This document shows positions 35,073 through 44,912 of a DNA stretch of 64,000 bases, piece after piece. Position 1 is the stretch's first letter. Each line of letters begins with the position of its first letter. The position numbers and the translations under genes are program-made. The notes under the pieces were generated by a model. It made no database searches. It had not been told where the DNA came from and saw nothing but the letters and a program-made list of their open reading frames with translations. Source of the DNA: Candidatus Latescibacterota bacterium (GTDB lineage Bacteria > Latescibacterota > UBA2968 > UBA8231); the NCBI GenBank assembly GCA_963422735.1, contig OY730476.1:2400001-2464000 (forward strand). The letters are read 5' to 3'.

Positions 35073-36980
35073 ATGAAGACGTTTTTAGCCAATATTTGCC
35101 TCGCAGTAGCTTTCGCCTTGCTGCCTACCCACTCGGCATTCGCCCAGGGTGCCATAGGCGGCGAGGCGAATGAAATAACCGAGAGCCGGATGCCTACGGT
35201 GCTAACGATCGAAGTCGAGGACATGAACAGCAACAGCTTCCCTGTGGATATTCCCTTTACTATGTCGGGATCTCCCGCCACCGTCTATCTGGCTGTTTAC
35301 ACGAACTTGGGGGATGCCGATCTCCCGGGTCTGACGGTGGAGGGCGATTTCAACTGGCATACTTATCAGGAAGTGAACTACGCTCTGTGGGTTTCCCCGG
35401 GCTCTCGCTTTGAGCCGGGTTCGCATTCAATCCGGTGGGATGGAAACGATATGAACGGCAATCAGGCCGATCCCAATGCCAGCTATCGGTTCTTTATCGT
35501 CGGCCTTGACGACCAAGCACCTATCAACATGGTGGGCTATGCCAATGAGCGACACACGGCTGAGTCGTGCTTGGCCCGTGATCAGAACGGCGATCTCTTC
35601 ATTGTGACCGGTGGTAGCACACAGCGGCTGACGGCGGATGGGCCGCGCCATTTGTTCCTCACTCGCGTCGGCACTAACTGGCTGGAGACGCCAGGCGCGT
35701 GGCAGGCCATTGACGTCGAGAACGAACTCATGACTGTTTTCCACGAGGACGACGTTATGCCGGCGGAGTGGCAGGGTGGCGGCAACGGCAAACAGTATGG
35801 TAGTCTGCCCGGCGACTTCTACGGCGATAGCTGGGACGGAACGGTCTATGGCTCCATCAAGTTCAACGTCGATCCGGCGAACGGTCAAGTCACCTTGGAC
35901 CGGAACTTCGGCACTGAGGGGGACGGCCGCATGAAGTTCGAGCCCTTCAGCGATGGGAATCTAGCTGTGGGATCGACTGGCATAGATGTATGGAAAGGAC
36001 GGCTCTACTACCCCATCTACGACCGGGGTAGAGACGCGCCCGCCCACGCCAATGTCGGGATTCAGGATGCGGCTACCGGCGAGGTCATTGACGTGCTCGA
36101 CCTGTCCGACTGGCTGGTAGTGGATGTGGGCGAGGGCAATCAGGCCTTCAGCCCCCACGATATCTGGGTGGACGATACCGGTATCTACATCGTGGGCTAT
36201 GCTGGCTCCCAGCATGTCAAGATCACCCTTGACGGTGAGTTGAAGTGGCTCAACGACAACGGCGATGGCTTTGCGGATCGGCGGAACGCGGACACCGGAG
36301 AATTCGACTATGGTGCCTTCTCCATCACGCCGTGGAACACATCTGGTTCGGGCAGCAAGGACGGCTGGGGCTTTGCCTTTATCCCGCTTTTAGGCAGTAC
36401 CTCCAGCACCGTGGATATCTTAGGACCGGATGGTACGGGTATCCTCCACATGGTGGCCACCCACGCTCCGGCCCACTGGCCGCAATGGGTAGAGTCGATT
36501 GAAGAGGACGGTCCGTACGACGGGATTTACTGGGATATCGGCTCGCGGCGCGGCGGTGGGACAGACCCCTGGGATGTGCCCGACTTCACGGGATTTCCGT
36601 CTCGTCAGGCGATCCACTTTCCCTTTGACACCAAGACCGCGCTCATCAATCCCGATACCGATGCCACGGTCGTAGAAGCGGTAGAGGGGGCGGGTCTGCC
36701 CGGTAAATATGCGCTCGATAACGCCTTTCCCAATCCGGCCAACCCGCAGACCACTATCCGCTTCAGCATCCCCCGGGATGAGAACGCGATGCTGCAGATA
36801 TACAATTTGTCGGGTCAGCAGGTGAAGACTCTGCATCGAGGTTGGGTCGAGGCCGGCGCGTATCAGAGCGCATGGGATGGGACGGATGATTCTGGCGCGA
36901 GCATGGCCAGTGGCGTGTATCTCTACACCCTGCAGGCCGGTAGCTTCTTTGAGGCTAAGAAGCTGACTTTGCTCAAGTAA
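35073..36980 (+). CDS. Secreted protein: N-terminal FlgD-like domain, probable beta-propeller, C-terminal T9SS type-A-like/FlgD-Ig CTD
   Basis: Signal peptide ending 'AFA-Q', 'HSIRWDGNDMNG', and tail 'YALDNAFPNPANPQTTIRF...WDGTDDSG...ASGVYLY...KKLTLLK'. Confidence 0.85.
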   Translation: MKTFLANICLAVAFALLPTHSAFAQGAIGGEANEITESRMPTVLTIEVEDMNSNSFPVDIPFTMSGSPATVYLAVYTNLGDADLPGLTVEGDFNWHTYQEVNYALWVSPGSRFEPGSHSIRWDGNDMNGNQADPNASYRFFIVGLDDQAPINMVGYANERHTAESCLARDQNGDLFIVTGGSTQRLTADGPRHLFLTRVGTNWLETPGAWQAIDVENELMTVFHEDDVMPAEWQGGGNGKQYGSLPGDFYGDSWDGTVYGSIKFNVDPANGQVTLDRNFGTEGDGRMKFEPFSDGNLAVGSTGIDVWKGRLYYPIYDRGRDAPAHANVGIQDAATGEVIDVLDLSDWLVVDVGEGNQAFSPHDIWVDDTGIYIVGYAGSQHVKITLDGELKWLNDNGDGFADRRNADTGEFDYGAFSITPWNTSGSGSKDGWGFAFIPLLGSTSSTVDILGPDGTGILHMVATHAPAHWPQWVESIEEDGPYDGIYWDIGSRRGGGTDPWDVPDFTGFPSRQAIHFPFDTKTALINPDTDATVVEAVEGAGLPGKYALDNAFPNPANPQTTIRFSIPRDENAMLQIYNLSGQQVKTLHRGWVEAGAYQSAWDGTDDSGASMASGVYLYTLQAGSFFEAKKLTLLK

Positions 36981-37005
36981 TATTCCAGGTCATATTGCTA
37001 CAGAT

Positions 37006-37060
37006 GGACAAGGTGGGAGATTGGCTGTTGTTTGGACTATTCACTCACCTTGTCCTCTTT
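37006..37060 (+). terminator. Stem-loop after 35073 (partial terminator or mRNA stabiliser)
   Basis: GGACAAGGTGGG...CTCACCTTGTCC forms a 12-bp stem with a long loop, followed by a weak TCTTT tail. Confidence 0.5.
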
Positions 37061-37123
37061 CACACCCCATCTCAACTGTCTAGGCACAGCTAAGTCACCC
37101 CCTTACAGGAAGAAGGCTTTCTC

Positions 37124-39268
37124 TTGGGAAGACGAAGGATTTTGCTGTCCCTGACGCTCCTCCTGCTCGGCTTTGGTAGCAGCCGACTCTGTGGCCAAAC
37201 TCTCCGCATAGGCCACTGGGAACAGACAACTTACTACCGTCATACCTTCCAGGCTCAACAGGCTCACTCGGGGATCGTGAGGATTACAGCTATCGGGGAT
37301 TATACCCTTTATTTTAATGGTAGCGAAGTGGAATCCGACAGCGACTGGAGGACTGCCGAAGAAGTCTCTGTGGACCTGCGGACAGGGGCCAACGATATAG
37401 CGGTGGCGGTGAACCACTTCGAGGCTGTAGCCGGCGCCGGCCTGATTCTCAGCCTTCAGGCTGGTCCTCAGATCGCAGTGAGTAATTTCACGGACGAAAC
37501 ATCTCTCTGGTTCTGGTCGGACGCCGCGCAAGTCGGTACCGACTGGACAACCGAGAATGTGCAAAATTCGTGGAAGAGGGTGCAGGCTGGAACGATCAGC
37601 AGAGGGCGAGTGCAAGGAGGCATATTTCATCCGCTCGCCGAGGTGATCGTCGGCTATCCGAATGCGGTGAATCTGGGCAGTTCGAGCACGGGCCACATCG
37701 TCCTCGCCGACCAGCGTGGCCAGAATATAGCCTTGGGACTAAATGCTACTGAAGTGGGGGTGACGGATGGCCGGATCGGCACTCCGGTATGGTCTTTGCC
37801 CCAGGGACTGAGTGCGCTGAATCGCTTGGTCGATATCACGCTGCCGGACCTGACGCGGATCAACCGGGTTCGGGTTATAACTAAGCCTCCCGCTGGCAAC
37901 GAGACGTATGCTGGCAACTCGCTGTTGGGGTATTCTGTGCAGATCAGCGAGGACCAGTCTCGCTGGATTGAGATGGGTGGAATCAACGACATAGAGGACT
38001 TTATCTTCACAGAGGTGCTCTTTGATCCAGTGTTGGCACGCTACGTCCGGATCCAAGTGACCCAAGCAGAGGTAGGCCAAGATCCGGCTAAGGTGACGGA
38101 GATTCAGATATACGGCGTTGATTTTGTCTCTGAAGGAGGCTATATCTCGCCGCCGCTAGACTTTGGCGATGCTGCGGTGAAGAATTTCGGGCGCGTACGC
38201 TGGTCGGCGCATGTGCCTGCAGCGACGGAGTTGAGCTTGCAGTTCAGCACGGGAGATTCGCCGGATACGACCGATGCTAGCTGGAGTGCCTGGAGTCGGG
38301 AATTCGAGGGCTCAGACATCTTCGTTCCCTCTCCCGAACCGCGGCGCTATCTGCGCTACCGGGTCAATCTCCGCACCGAAGACTTGGAAGTTACTCCGGC
38401 TTTGGACAGTCTTGAGATCGACTTCAGCACGAAGGGAATCGCCGCCAGGGATGCACGTGGTTCAGTGGTCCCCAACGAGGCCCCGATGGGAGTGGAGATT
38501 CCCTTCGTCTATCGGGCTATCTTAGAGTTGGCCGAGGGTGACGTTGTGGAGAAAATTCGGATCCGCCTGCCCAGCTTTCCCACTAGAGTGGATTCGATTC
38601 AACTGCTCGGCCAGGATATCCCTGTGCTGCAGTTTCCCACCGGTAGCGGGGGTATTGACGCGGGAGGACGCGTGTTGCGGATTACGCCTCGGAGCGTCAA
38701 CGACCTAGACATTCTCTTCGAACCGCCGCTGAGTTCGATGGACGGAACGGATATCCCTTTCCAAATTCTAATCCACTCTGCTCTCTACACCGACACGCAT
38801 GAATTTCGCGCCGCCCTGTTCAGTCCTAGTTCTGAAAATCCACAGAACATCCGCGAGAATTCGGTGGACGGCGCTTCTTGGAAGGTCGTAGTAACTGATG
38901 TGGTGACGAAGGATCTGCTCAATGTCAGAGCCCACCCTCGCGTCTTCACACCCAACGGAGATGGCGTAAACGACTTCACCGTGATCGAGTTCACACTGAC
39001 CAAAGTGGCCACACCGCGCCGCGTGGATGTGGAGATATTCGACCTGTCCGGGCGCAGAGTAAGCCGGCTCTACACGGAACGGCTAATTGGCGGCCGCTAT
39101 GTTCATCCTCTCTTGAATAAAGAAGAAGCGCGCTTTGTTCCGGGCTTCTGGGATGGCATGGATGAGTCCGGCGAATTGGTGCCCCCCGGAATTTATTTTT
39201 TTATGGTTAAAGCGAATCTGGATAGCGGGGATGAAACGGCCGCTGGGGTCGTCCATCTCGTCTACTAG
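37124..39268 (+). CDS. Secreted discoidin/galactose-binding-like protein with CHU_C-like/FlgD-Ig tail
   Basis: Signal peptide, 'YSVQISED...ARYVRIQVT...TEIQIYG', shared block 'KNFGRVRW...WSAWS...RYLRYRV', and tail 'VFTPNGDGVNDF...WDGMDESG..VPPGIY...HLVY'. Confidence 0.85.
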   Translation: MGRRRILLSLTLLLLGFGSSRLCGQTLRIGHWEQTTYYRHTFQAQQAHSGIVRITAIGDYTLYFNGSEVESDSDWRTAEEVSVDLRTGANDIAVAVNHFEAVAGAGLILSLQAGPQIAVSNFTDETSLWFWSDAAQVGTDWTTENVQNSWKRVQAGTISRGRVQGGIFHPLAEVIVGYPNAVNLGSSSTGHIVLADQRGQNIALGLNATEVGVTDGRIGTPVWSLPQGLSALNRLVDITLPDLTRINRVRVITKPPAGNETYAGNSLLGYSVQISEDQSRWIEMGGINDIEDFIFTEVLFDPVLARYVRIQVTQAEVGQDPAKVTEIQIYGVDFVSEGGYISPPLDFGDAAVKNFGRVRWSAHVPAATELSLQFSTGDSPDTTDASWSAWSREFEGSDIFVPSPEPRRYLRYRVNLRTEDLEVTPALDSLEIDFSTKGIAARDARGSVVPNEAPMGVEIPFVYRAILELAEGDVVEKIRIRLPSFPTRVDSIQLLGQDIPVLQFPTGSGGIDAGGRVLRITPRSVNDLDILFEPPLSSMDGTDIPFQILIHSALYTDTHEFRAALFSPSSENPQNIRENSVDGASWKVVVTDVVTKDLLNVRAHPRVFTPNGDGVNDFTVIEFTLTKVATPRRVDVEIFDLSGRRVSRLYTERLIGGRYVHPLLNKEEARFVPGFWDGMDESGELVPPGIYFFMVKANLDSGDETAAGVVHLVY

Positions 39269-39310
39269 CTCGACCGGTGCAAGAAACAGGGAGATGGTCT
39301 GGCACTGATT

Positions 39311-42064
39311 GTGTCAAACCACAAGCCCAAGGCAATGCGGAGAAGCGTAGTGATAGAGAGGATTAGAGGAGAATTATCACTCGCTATATTCGCCGCGTTT
39401 CTCCTATACTTCTGTAGGGCCGAGGCTCAGCTAATCTCCCGCGACTACTACCCTCTGTGGCAAAAAGAGCATTACGAGAATCTCGGACAGTACGGCTACC
39501 GAGACTTTGATGAGCAGGACATTGAACGGCGGGTCTACGACCCCTTTGGGGTCTACTTAATTGACGGGGTTCCAGTGTTCACGCTCGAGGAGAGCCGTAC
39601 CGAGGGACCAGAGCGGGGCAGCGCTATCTTCAAGAGTCCGATCTACCCACGGATTTTCCGCAACTTGATGCTCGGCATGGATTCTTACCGGGGATGGTCG
39701 GCTGCTATCATGGTAGGCGATGCCATCCCCACCCGCTTTTCACCTTTGACTCTGAATTTGAGCCGTCTCAACGGCCTTCGCTTCGATGCCTCTACGCGCA
39801 AGACCAGTTTCAGCATTATTGCCTCGCGGATCTCGGATCCGGTACTCTTGGCGACGGGGTTGTCCCAGAGCGGCGTTCAGGTAAATCCAAAAGGCGTGTT
39901 CGGCAGACCTTCGTTCGGAACCTACCTGATAGGCGGCCATTGGGAGACGACTCTGGGGAGTGTGCTCAAACTGGGTTCCACCTATGTCAATGTTCACAAC
40001 TTCGACAGTATCGCGAGCAGGAAGGAGGGATCGCTCAAGGGAGTCGTTCCCTTTTCCGCTCTCGACGAGGGAAAGTCAGTATTCGTCTTAGTTAGCGATG
40101 ATTCCCATTGGGATGGAGAAGGGCCACGCGTCTATCGCATGGAGATGTACGTTGGCGGCGAGAGGCGGGACGATATCGAGCCGATGATTCGAATGATCCA
40201 CTCGGTGCCCGAACTCATAGGTGCTGCCAACAGGACTATCGGGCGGGGAACCAGTGAGATCGCGCTCAATCGGGCGGACAGACCTTCGTGGCTAATCCAG
40301 AATTATCAGATGGAGGAAATAGTCAGGGAGGGGTACACGCGCAGCGGTCAGCTCAGCAATTTTACCAGCGGCGGGCTGTTCTTTAAGGAAGGAGATCCCG
40401 TAAGCCACGATGGCGTTCCTTTTTTACAAGTAGATGGGACGGACATTCTGGTCTACCGCTTTGAGATTCCTCCGGGTTCCGAGAAGGTGCATTTCAGGGC
40501 GCTAGCTGCAGGGGACTATGTAGTGGATGTGGCCAGTGCCCTAGACTGGATCGGCACCGATGTCCAATGGAGGGATTGGCACACCGCAAAGCGGGCCGAG
40601 AACAATGCCAAGGACCGGGGCAATATGGGGTGGATCACGTTCCGCTATGGATTCCCGACGGGGATGATTCTCTACGGAATGAACTTCGAGGCCAAAGTCT
40701 TGGGCCTCCGCGCTTGGGGTGAATTCGTCCGGAATACCTCCTATTTCCAGTTCCCGTCGGGAGAAGGCAAGCGTCTTTCCACGAATGAGGACGCCTATTT
40801 CCTCAATGTGTTTCGGGACATGGGCCGTTGGGACATGGGGTTCGAGTATGTGAGTTTGCCTTCGGGCTTTGCCACTTCTTTTCAAGCCCTAATGCAGAAC
40901 CCCCGGCAAAATGTCATCGCCCCCTTTGACTTGGTGGACGACAACGACGATCGGGATGAATGGCCCGACCGCTGGGAGCAGGAGCGCGATTTTGCCTCGC
41001 TTAACATGACGCCGGCCCCGGGAGCAGGTCTGGGATTCGGGGTTTTTCCCGGCCTAGACGTGGATAACGATGGAGTTCGGGACAACACTTGGTACAACGG
41101 AGCGGACAAGGTCCTAACCTATTACGACCAGCCCTTTGTGTTCGGCGATGATTTCAATAATAACGGCCTAGTGGATGGGTGGGAGAACGACAATCGGTCG
41201 GATTATCCCTACGATCACGATAGTCGCGGCGGTCATTTCTTCATCACCTGGCGTCCCTTTACTTCCCAGCAGCATGCATGGATGCGAGCCGGCCGCTACG
41301 ATATGCGCCAGCCGGCCAGCGGTGGCCGGAATTTGACCACCTATGTGAAGACTAATTATCCGAGGCGCTGGCCGGGGCTCGGCCAGCTGCAGATCGGCTA
41401 CTACGGCAAGAGAGTACGGGACGATATTAGCAATGATCTGTACCAATTCGTCGGCAGCGGCAGGTACCAAGTATTGCCGGATCGGCTGCTGCTGCGGAAC
41501 AGTCTGCAGAATACCTTCGTGGTGGGGACTCATGTCAACACAGACATGCTGCCGCACTTAAACATCTACAATGATATTATCGTGGAAATCAACGACCAGC
41601 GAGAATTGACCGATGGGGATTTCTCTCAGCCGGATAGCCGCATAACGACTATAGGGTATGTCGCTAGGGTCGATTACACTTGGTATATAGGCGATAGCTT
41701 CGGCTTCGGGCCGATGTTTAAGGCAGTCTTCAACCGGACCAAGGCCGAACTATTTAGTTTACAGAGACACGCGTATACACTGACGCCGATCATAAGGGGA
41801 GATTACCATTTGGCACCGCACACAGTGCTGCGAGGGGGGATCCTCGGATGGCCACTGCGGGAGAAGCACCGAGACTTGGTGCGGCCTTTTTTGGACCGAG
41901 ATTCTTGGTACTACATCTTGGTTCTGGAGAATCTCGGCAATTACCGGGGAGTTGATGTGAGTACCAACATTGGGTACCAGAAGAATTTTGACCGCTATCC
42001 TTCCTCTTCACACCGCGTGGATGTCGGTGCCGTCCGCTATTTCATCCGCTTGCGCATCGGATAG
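39311..42064 (+). CDS. Large exported hypothetical protein, paralogue 1 (predicted OM beta-barrel with Asp-rich Ca-binding insert)
   Basis: Signal-like N-terminus (alternative ATG at 39335), 'DDNDDRDEWPD', 'FPGLDVDNDG', 'GDDFNNNG..D', and last strand 'YFIRLRIG'. Confidence 0.8.
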   Translation: MSNHKPKAMRRSVVIERIRGELSLAIFAAFLLYFCRAEAQLISRDYYPLWQKEHYENLGQYGYRDFDEQDIERRVYDPFGVYLIDGVPVFTLEESRTEGPERGSAIFKSPIYPRIFRNLMLGMDSYRGWSAAIMVGDAIPTRFSPLTLNLSRLNGLRFDASTRKTSFSIIASRISDPVLLATGLSQSGVQVNPKGVFGRPSFGTYLIGGHWETTLGSVLKLGSTYVNVHNFDSIASRKEGSLKGVVPFSALDEGKSVFVLVSDDSHWDGEGPRVYRMEMYVGGERRDDIEPMIRMIHSVPELIGAANRTIGRGTSEIALNRADRPSWLIQNYQMEEIVREGYTRSGQLSNFTSGGLFFKEGDPVSHDGVPFLQVDGTDILVYRFEIPPGSEKVHFRALAAGDYVVDVASALDWIGTDVQWRDWHTAKRAENNAKDRGNMGWITFRYGFPTGMILYGMNFEAKVLGLRAWGEFVRNTSYFQFPSGEGKRLSTNEDAYFLNVFRDMGRWDMGFEYVSLPSGFATSFQALMQNPRQNVIAPFDLVDDNDDRDEWPDRWEQERDFASLNMTPAPGAGLGFGVFPGLDVDNDGVRDNTWYNGADKVLTYYDQPFVFGDDFNNNGLVDGWENDNRSDYPYDHDSRGGHFFITWRPFTSQQHAWMRAGRYDMRQPASGGRNLTTYVKTNYPRRWPGLGQLQIGYYGKRVRDDISNDLYQFVGSGRYQVLPDRLLLRNSLQNTFVVGTHVNTDMLPHLNIYNDIIVEINDQRELTDGDFSQPDSRITTIGYVARVDYTWYIGDSFGFGPMFKAVFNRTKAELFSLQRHAYTLTPIIRGDYHLAPHTVLRGGILGWPLREKHRDLVRPFLDRDSWYYILVLENLGNYRGVDVSTNIGYQKNFDRYPSSSHRVDVGAVRYFIRLRIG

Positions 42065-42071
42065 AGTTGCT

Positions 42072-44903
42072 ATGAGCAAGACGAGGGCCTCTTATTTTTT
42101 CTTTTTAGGTGCTTTGGTGCTGATGTGGGTTAGGGAGAGTAGCGCCCATGTACGGGGATCGGGGCTTTTTCTTTACCGGCCGGGTGAGGGGTATATCACC
42201 CATTCCCGGGAACCCTACAAACATTGGCCTCGCTCTTATCTGGTCCGTCCCGAAGATCTCGTCTTCGACGAGTTGGGCAATTTTGTCGTCGAGGGCATCG
42301 AAGTGTTTCGGTTGCGCGAGTCGCGCACCCTTGACCCTGAGCCGGGAAGTGTCATCGACAAGAGCCGCTATTTCAAAGAGTACCTCAGTCGGCTTTCAGT
42401 CTCCTCTGATTCCTACGGAAAAATTAACACTTCTCTGATCATCGGCGACAATATCCGCACCAAATTTACCTCGCTGACCCTAGACTTGGCGGCCATGAAC
42501 GGAATTCGCTGGGACATGAACCTGCCCCAATCCGATTTTACCCTGATCTCCTCGCGTCTGGACTATCCCATTTTTGATGTGAACGCGAACGCCGATAACA
42601 AGCAACACAACTTTGGTGCGCTCGGCACTCGGCCACCCTTATTTGCCACCTATCTGTTGGGATCGCACTTAGAAACCGAGATTGGAGCGTTGAAGCTGGG
42701 ACTAATGTGGGTCAATCAGTATCGCGTCAACAGTCTGATGGAATGGGGTGAGTGGGATTTCAGGGGAGCGATGCCGGGGAATATCCAGCCGGTTGATTAT
42801 CTGGTGGTGAAGTTTGCGGATGGGTCGATAGACGATCGCGGAGGGCCCCGAGTATACGACTTCGAGGTCTATATCAACGGCCAACTACGACCGGAATTGA
42901 AGGTGTATCCCGATGCTGTTTCAGCGGCGGGAATTGACGACACCCAGCGCATCGTCGTGACTCGGCATCACCTTGAGGACATTGATCCGGCCTTTCCAAA
43001 CGGCGACAAGGAATTTCTTAGGGAATTGGGACGGGAAATACCGCCCTATGTAGAATTCGTCAACGGCTTGCTGCCAGAGGACTTCCCAAGAGAAAAGGGC
43101 TATCTGGAAGCACACGGCAAAGAGTTCCTTCTTTACTGGGTGCCGTTGAGCGAGGAGGATATCGACGATGTGCGGTTCAAGGTCAAGGTGGGCAACGACT
43201 ATCGGATCAGCCTGTCCGAGGTCTACGCCAACGACCCCACTAGGGCGAGGAGGGATCGAAGTCCGCGGGACCGGAACAGGGCCCTTTACTTCTACGACGT
43301 CGCCCATGCTCTAGGCAAGGTACAGGATCTCTCCAATCTGAGGGTAGTGGAGTTCCGGCACGGCCGACAGACTGGGAGAATGCTGGGCGGAATGCACGCG
43401 GATTTTGAGGTGGAGGATCTCTTTGTGAAGGCGGAGTACGATCTCAGCTACGATTTTCGTCAGTTTCCGACACCCAAAGGGAAGCGGAGCGATCGCCGAG
43501 GCGCAGCGTACTTCATCAATGCCGTCGTGGATCGAGACGGTGTGAAATTCGGGGGGGAATTATTCCGTATAGACCCGGAATACGGCACTTCCCTGCAGGT
43601 CCAGGACCCTAGCTATCAGAGCTTTGTCACCTTGCCCTTTGCACCCTTAGACAGCGAGATTGACGGCGGATTGAAAGGCATTGATGGGTTCAACCAGAGT
43701 TCGCTCAATGGAACCCTGACCTTCGATTCAGTGGAGGACAACGACGACAAGGATCGCTTTCCAGATGAGCATTATATCAGGAGCCGGAGGGATCTGGATG
43801 GGATTTTCCCGGGGCTAGATATCGATCAGGATGGCCGGCCAGAGACCAATATAAACAACAATGGTATCCCCGACTATCTAGAACCCTTTCTGCTCTTCGA
43901 CGTCAATCCCGAAGAGTACGATTACGGCGATGATTTGAACAACAACGGAGTTATCGACATCCGGGAGAACAATCCCAATGTGGACTACCCTTACAATAAG
44001 GATCTGGAAGGGTTTCACCTATTTGCGTCTTTCCGCCCTTGGAAAGGAACGACGCTCAAGGTGGGGCACTATAACACGAAGCAGATCGCAGCCGGGGGCA
44101 AGAACAGAGTCTTTTACACCAAGGTGGAACACACCCGCTATCTTCCCTTTTGGGGTCGCCTTACCCTGCTTGACTTCGCCAAGAGAGTAGAGGACGACAT
44201 CCGGGATAACGTCTTTCAGTTTCCCCGCAATGCCACCTTTGAACTGCAGGAAGATATTAGTGGTCGGCTGACTGGTGCGGGGTTGACCATTGATCTGATA
44301 GAAGACCCTCTACGCATGAAGGATAGTTTCGTCAACACCTCCTATGCCGCCTTGGATTTTGACGGTACCAAACCCCTCAATATCCACCTCGATTTCAAGC
44401 ACGACTTCAATCATCAATTTGCCCAAGAAGGACGCAAGTCCAACCGCATCGTCAGGCTAACTTCTGTCGTCAAGGGAGAGTATCCCTTGGACCTGTCGGG
44501 TATGTTTCGGGATGTGAGAATCACCCCTCAAGTGAAGGTAATGGGACAGAAGTTGACCAATAATCGGTGGCAGGTTCCGGTACTTCACGAAATATTCTTC
44601 TATCCCATTCTGCGCCTAGACTGGGATATGACCTCCTTGACGAGCATTCGTATAGGAGCCCAAGGCTTTCCCTTTCTGCAGAGCCGTTCCCTCGACTTGG
44701 TCAATTCGAATAGGGACTTTGCGGGTGAGGACTATGTTTTCATACTCGCCAATACTTTTACTTATCAGGGGTACAGGGTGAACTTCAACATGGGCTATCA
44801 GATACAGAAGAGGGAATTCAATTCCTCCAGACAGGCCCTGAATAATGTGGATACGTCCATATTCTTTTTTCAGGCTTTGGTCGGACTCCGTCCGGTCATA
44901 TAG
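42072..44903 (+). CDS. Large exported hypothetical protein, paralogue 2
   Basis: ATG 7 nt after the upstream stop. Signal peptide, 'EDNDDKDRFPD', 'FPGLDIDQDG', 'GDDLNNNG..D', and 'FFFQALVG' near the C-terminus. Confidence 0.8.
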   Translation: MSKTRASYFFFLGALVLMWVRESSAHVRGSGLFLYRPGEGYITHSREPYKHWPRSYLVRPEDLVFDELGNFVVEGIEVFRLRESRTLDPEPGSVIDKSRYFKEYLSRLSVSSDSYGKINTSLIIGDNIRTKFTSLTLDLAAMNGIRWDMNLPQSDFTLISSRLDYPIFDVNANADNKQHNFGALGTRPPLFATYLLGSHLETEIGALKLGLMWVNQYRVNSLMEWGEWDFRGAMPGNIQPVDYLVVKFADGSIDDRGGPRVYDFEVYINGQLRPELKVYPDAVSAAGIDDTQRIVVTRHHLEDIDPAFPNGDKEFLRELGREIPPYVEFVNGLLPEDFPREKGYLEAHGKEFLLYWVPLSEEDIDDVRFKVKVGNDYRISLSEVYANDPTRARRDRSPRDRNRALYFYDVAHALGKVQDLSNLRVVEFRHGRQTGRMLGGMHADFEVEDLFVKAEYDLSYDFRQFPTPKGKRSDRRGAAYFINAVVDRDGVKFGGELFRIDPEYGTSLQVQDPSYQSFVTLPFAPLDSEIDGGLKGIDGFNQSSLNGTLTFDSVEDNDDKDRFPDEHYIRSRRDLDGIFPGLDIDQDGRPETNINNNGIPDYLEPFLLFDVNPEEYDYGDDLNNNGVIDIRENNPNVDYPYNKDLEGFHLFASFRPWKGTTLKVGHYNTKQIAAGGKNRVFYTKVEHTRYLPFWGRLTLLDFAKRVEDDIRDNVFQFPRNATFELQEDISGRLTGAGLTIDLIEDPLRMKDSFVNTSYAALDFDGTKPLNIHLDFKHDFNHQFAQEGRKSNRIVRLTSVVKGEYPLDLSGMFRDVRITPQVKVMGQKLTNNRWQVPVLHEIFFYPILRLDWDMTSLTSIRIGAQGFPFLQSRSLDLVNSNRDFAGEDYVFILANTFTYQGYRVNFNMGYQIQKREFNSSRQALNNVDTSIFFFQALVGLRPVI

Positions 44904-44912
44904 GAAGAGGCC

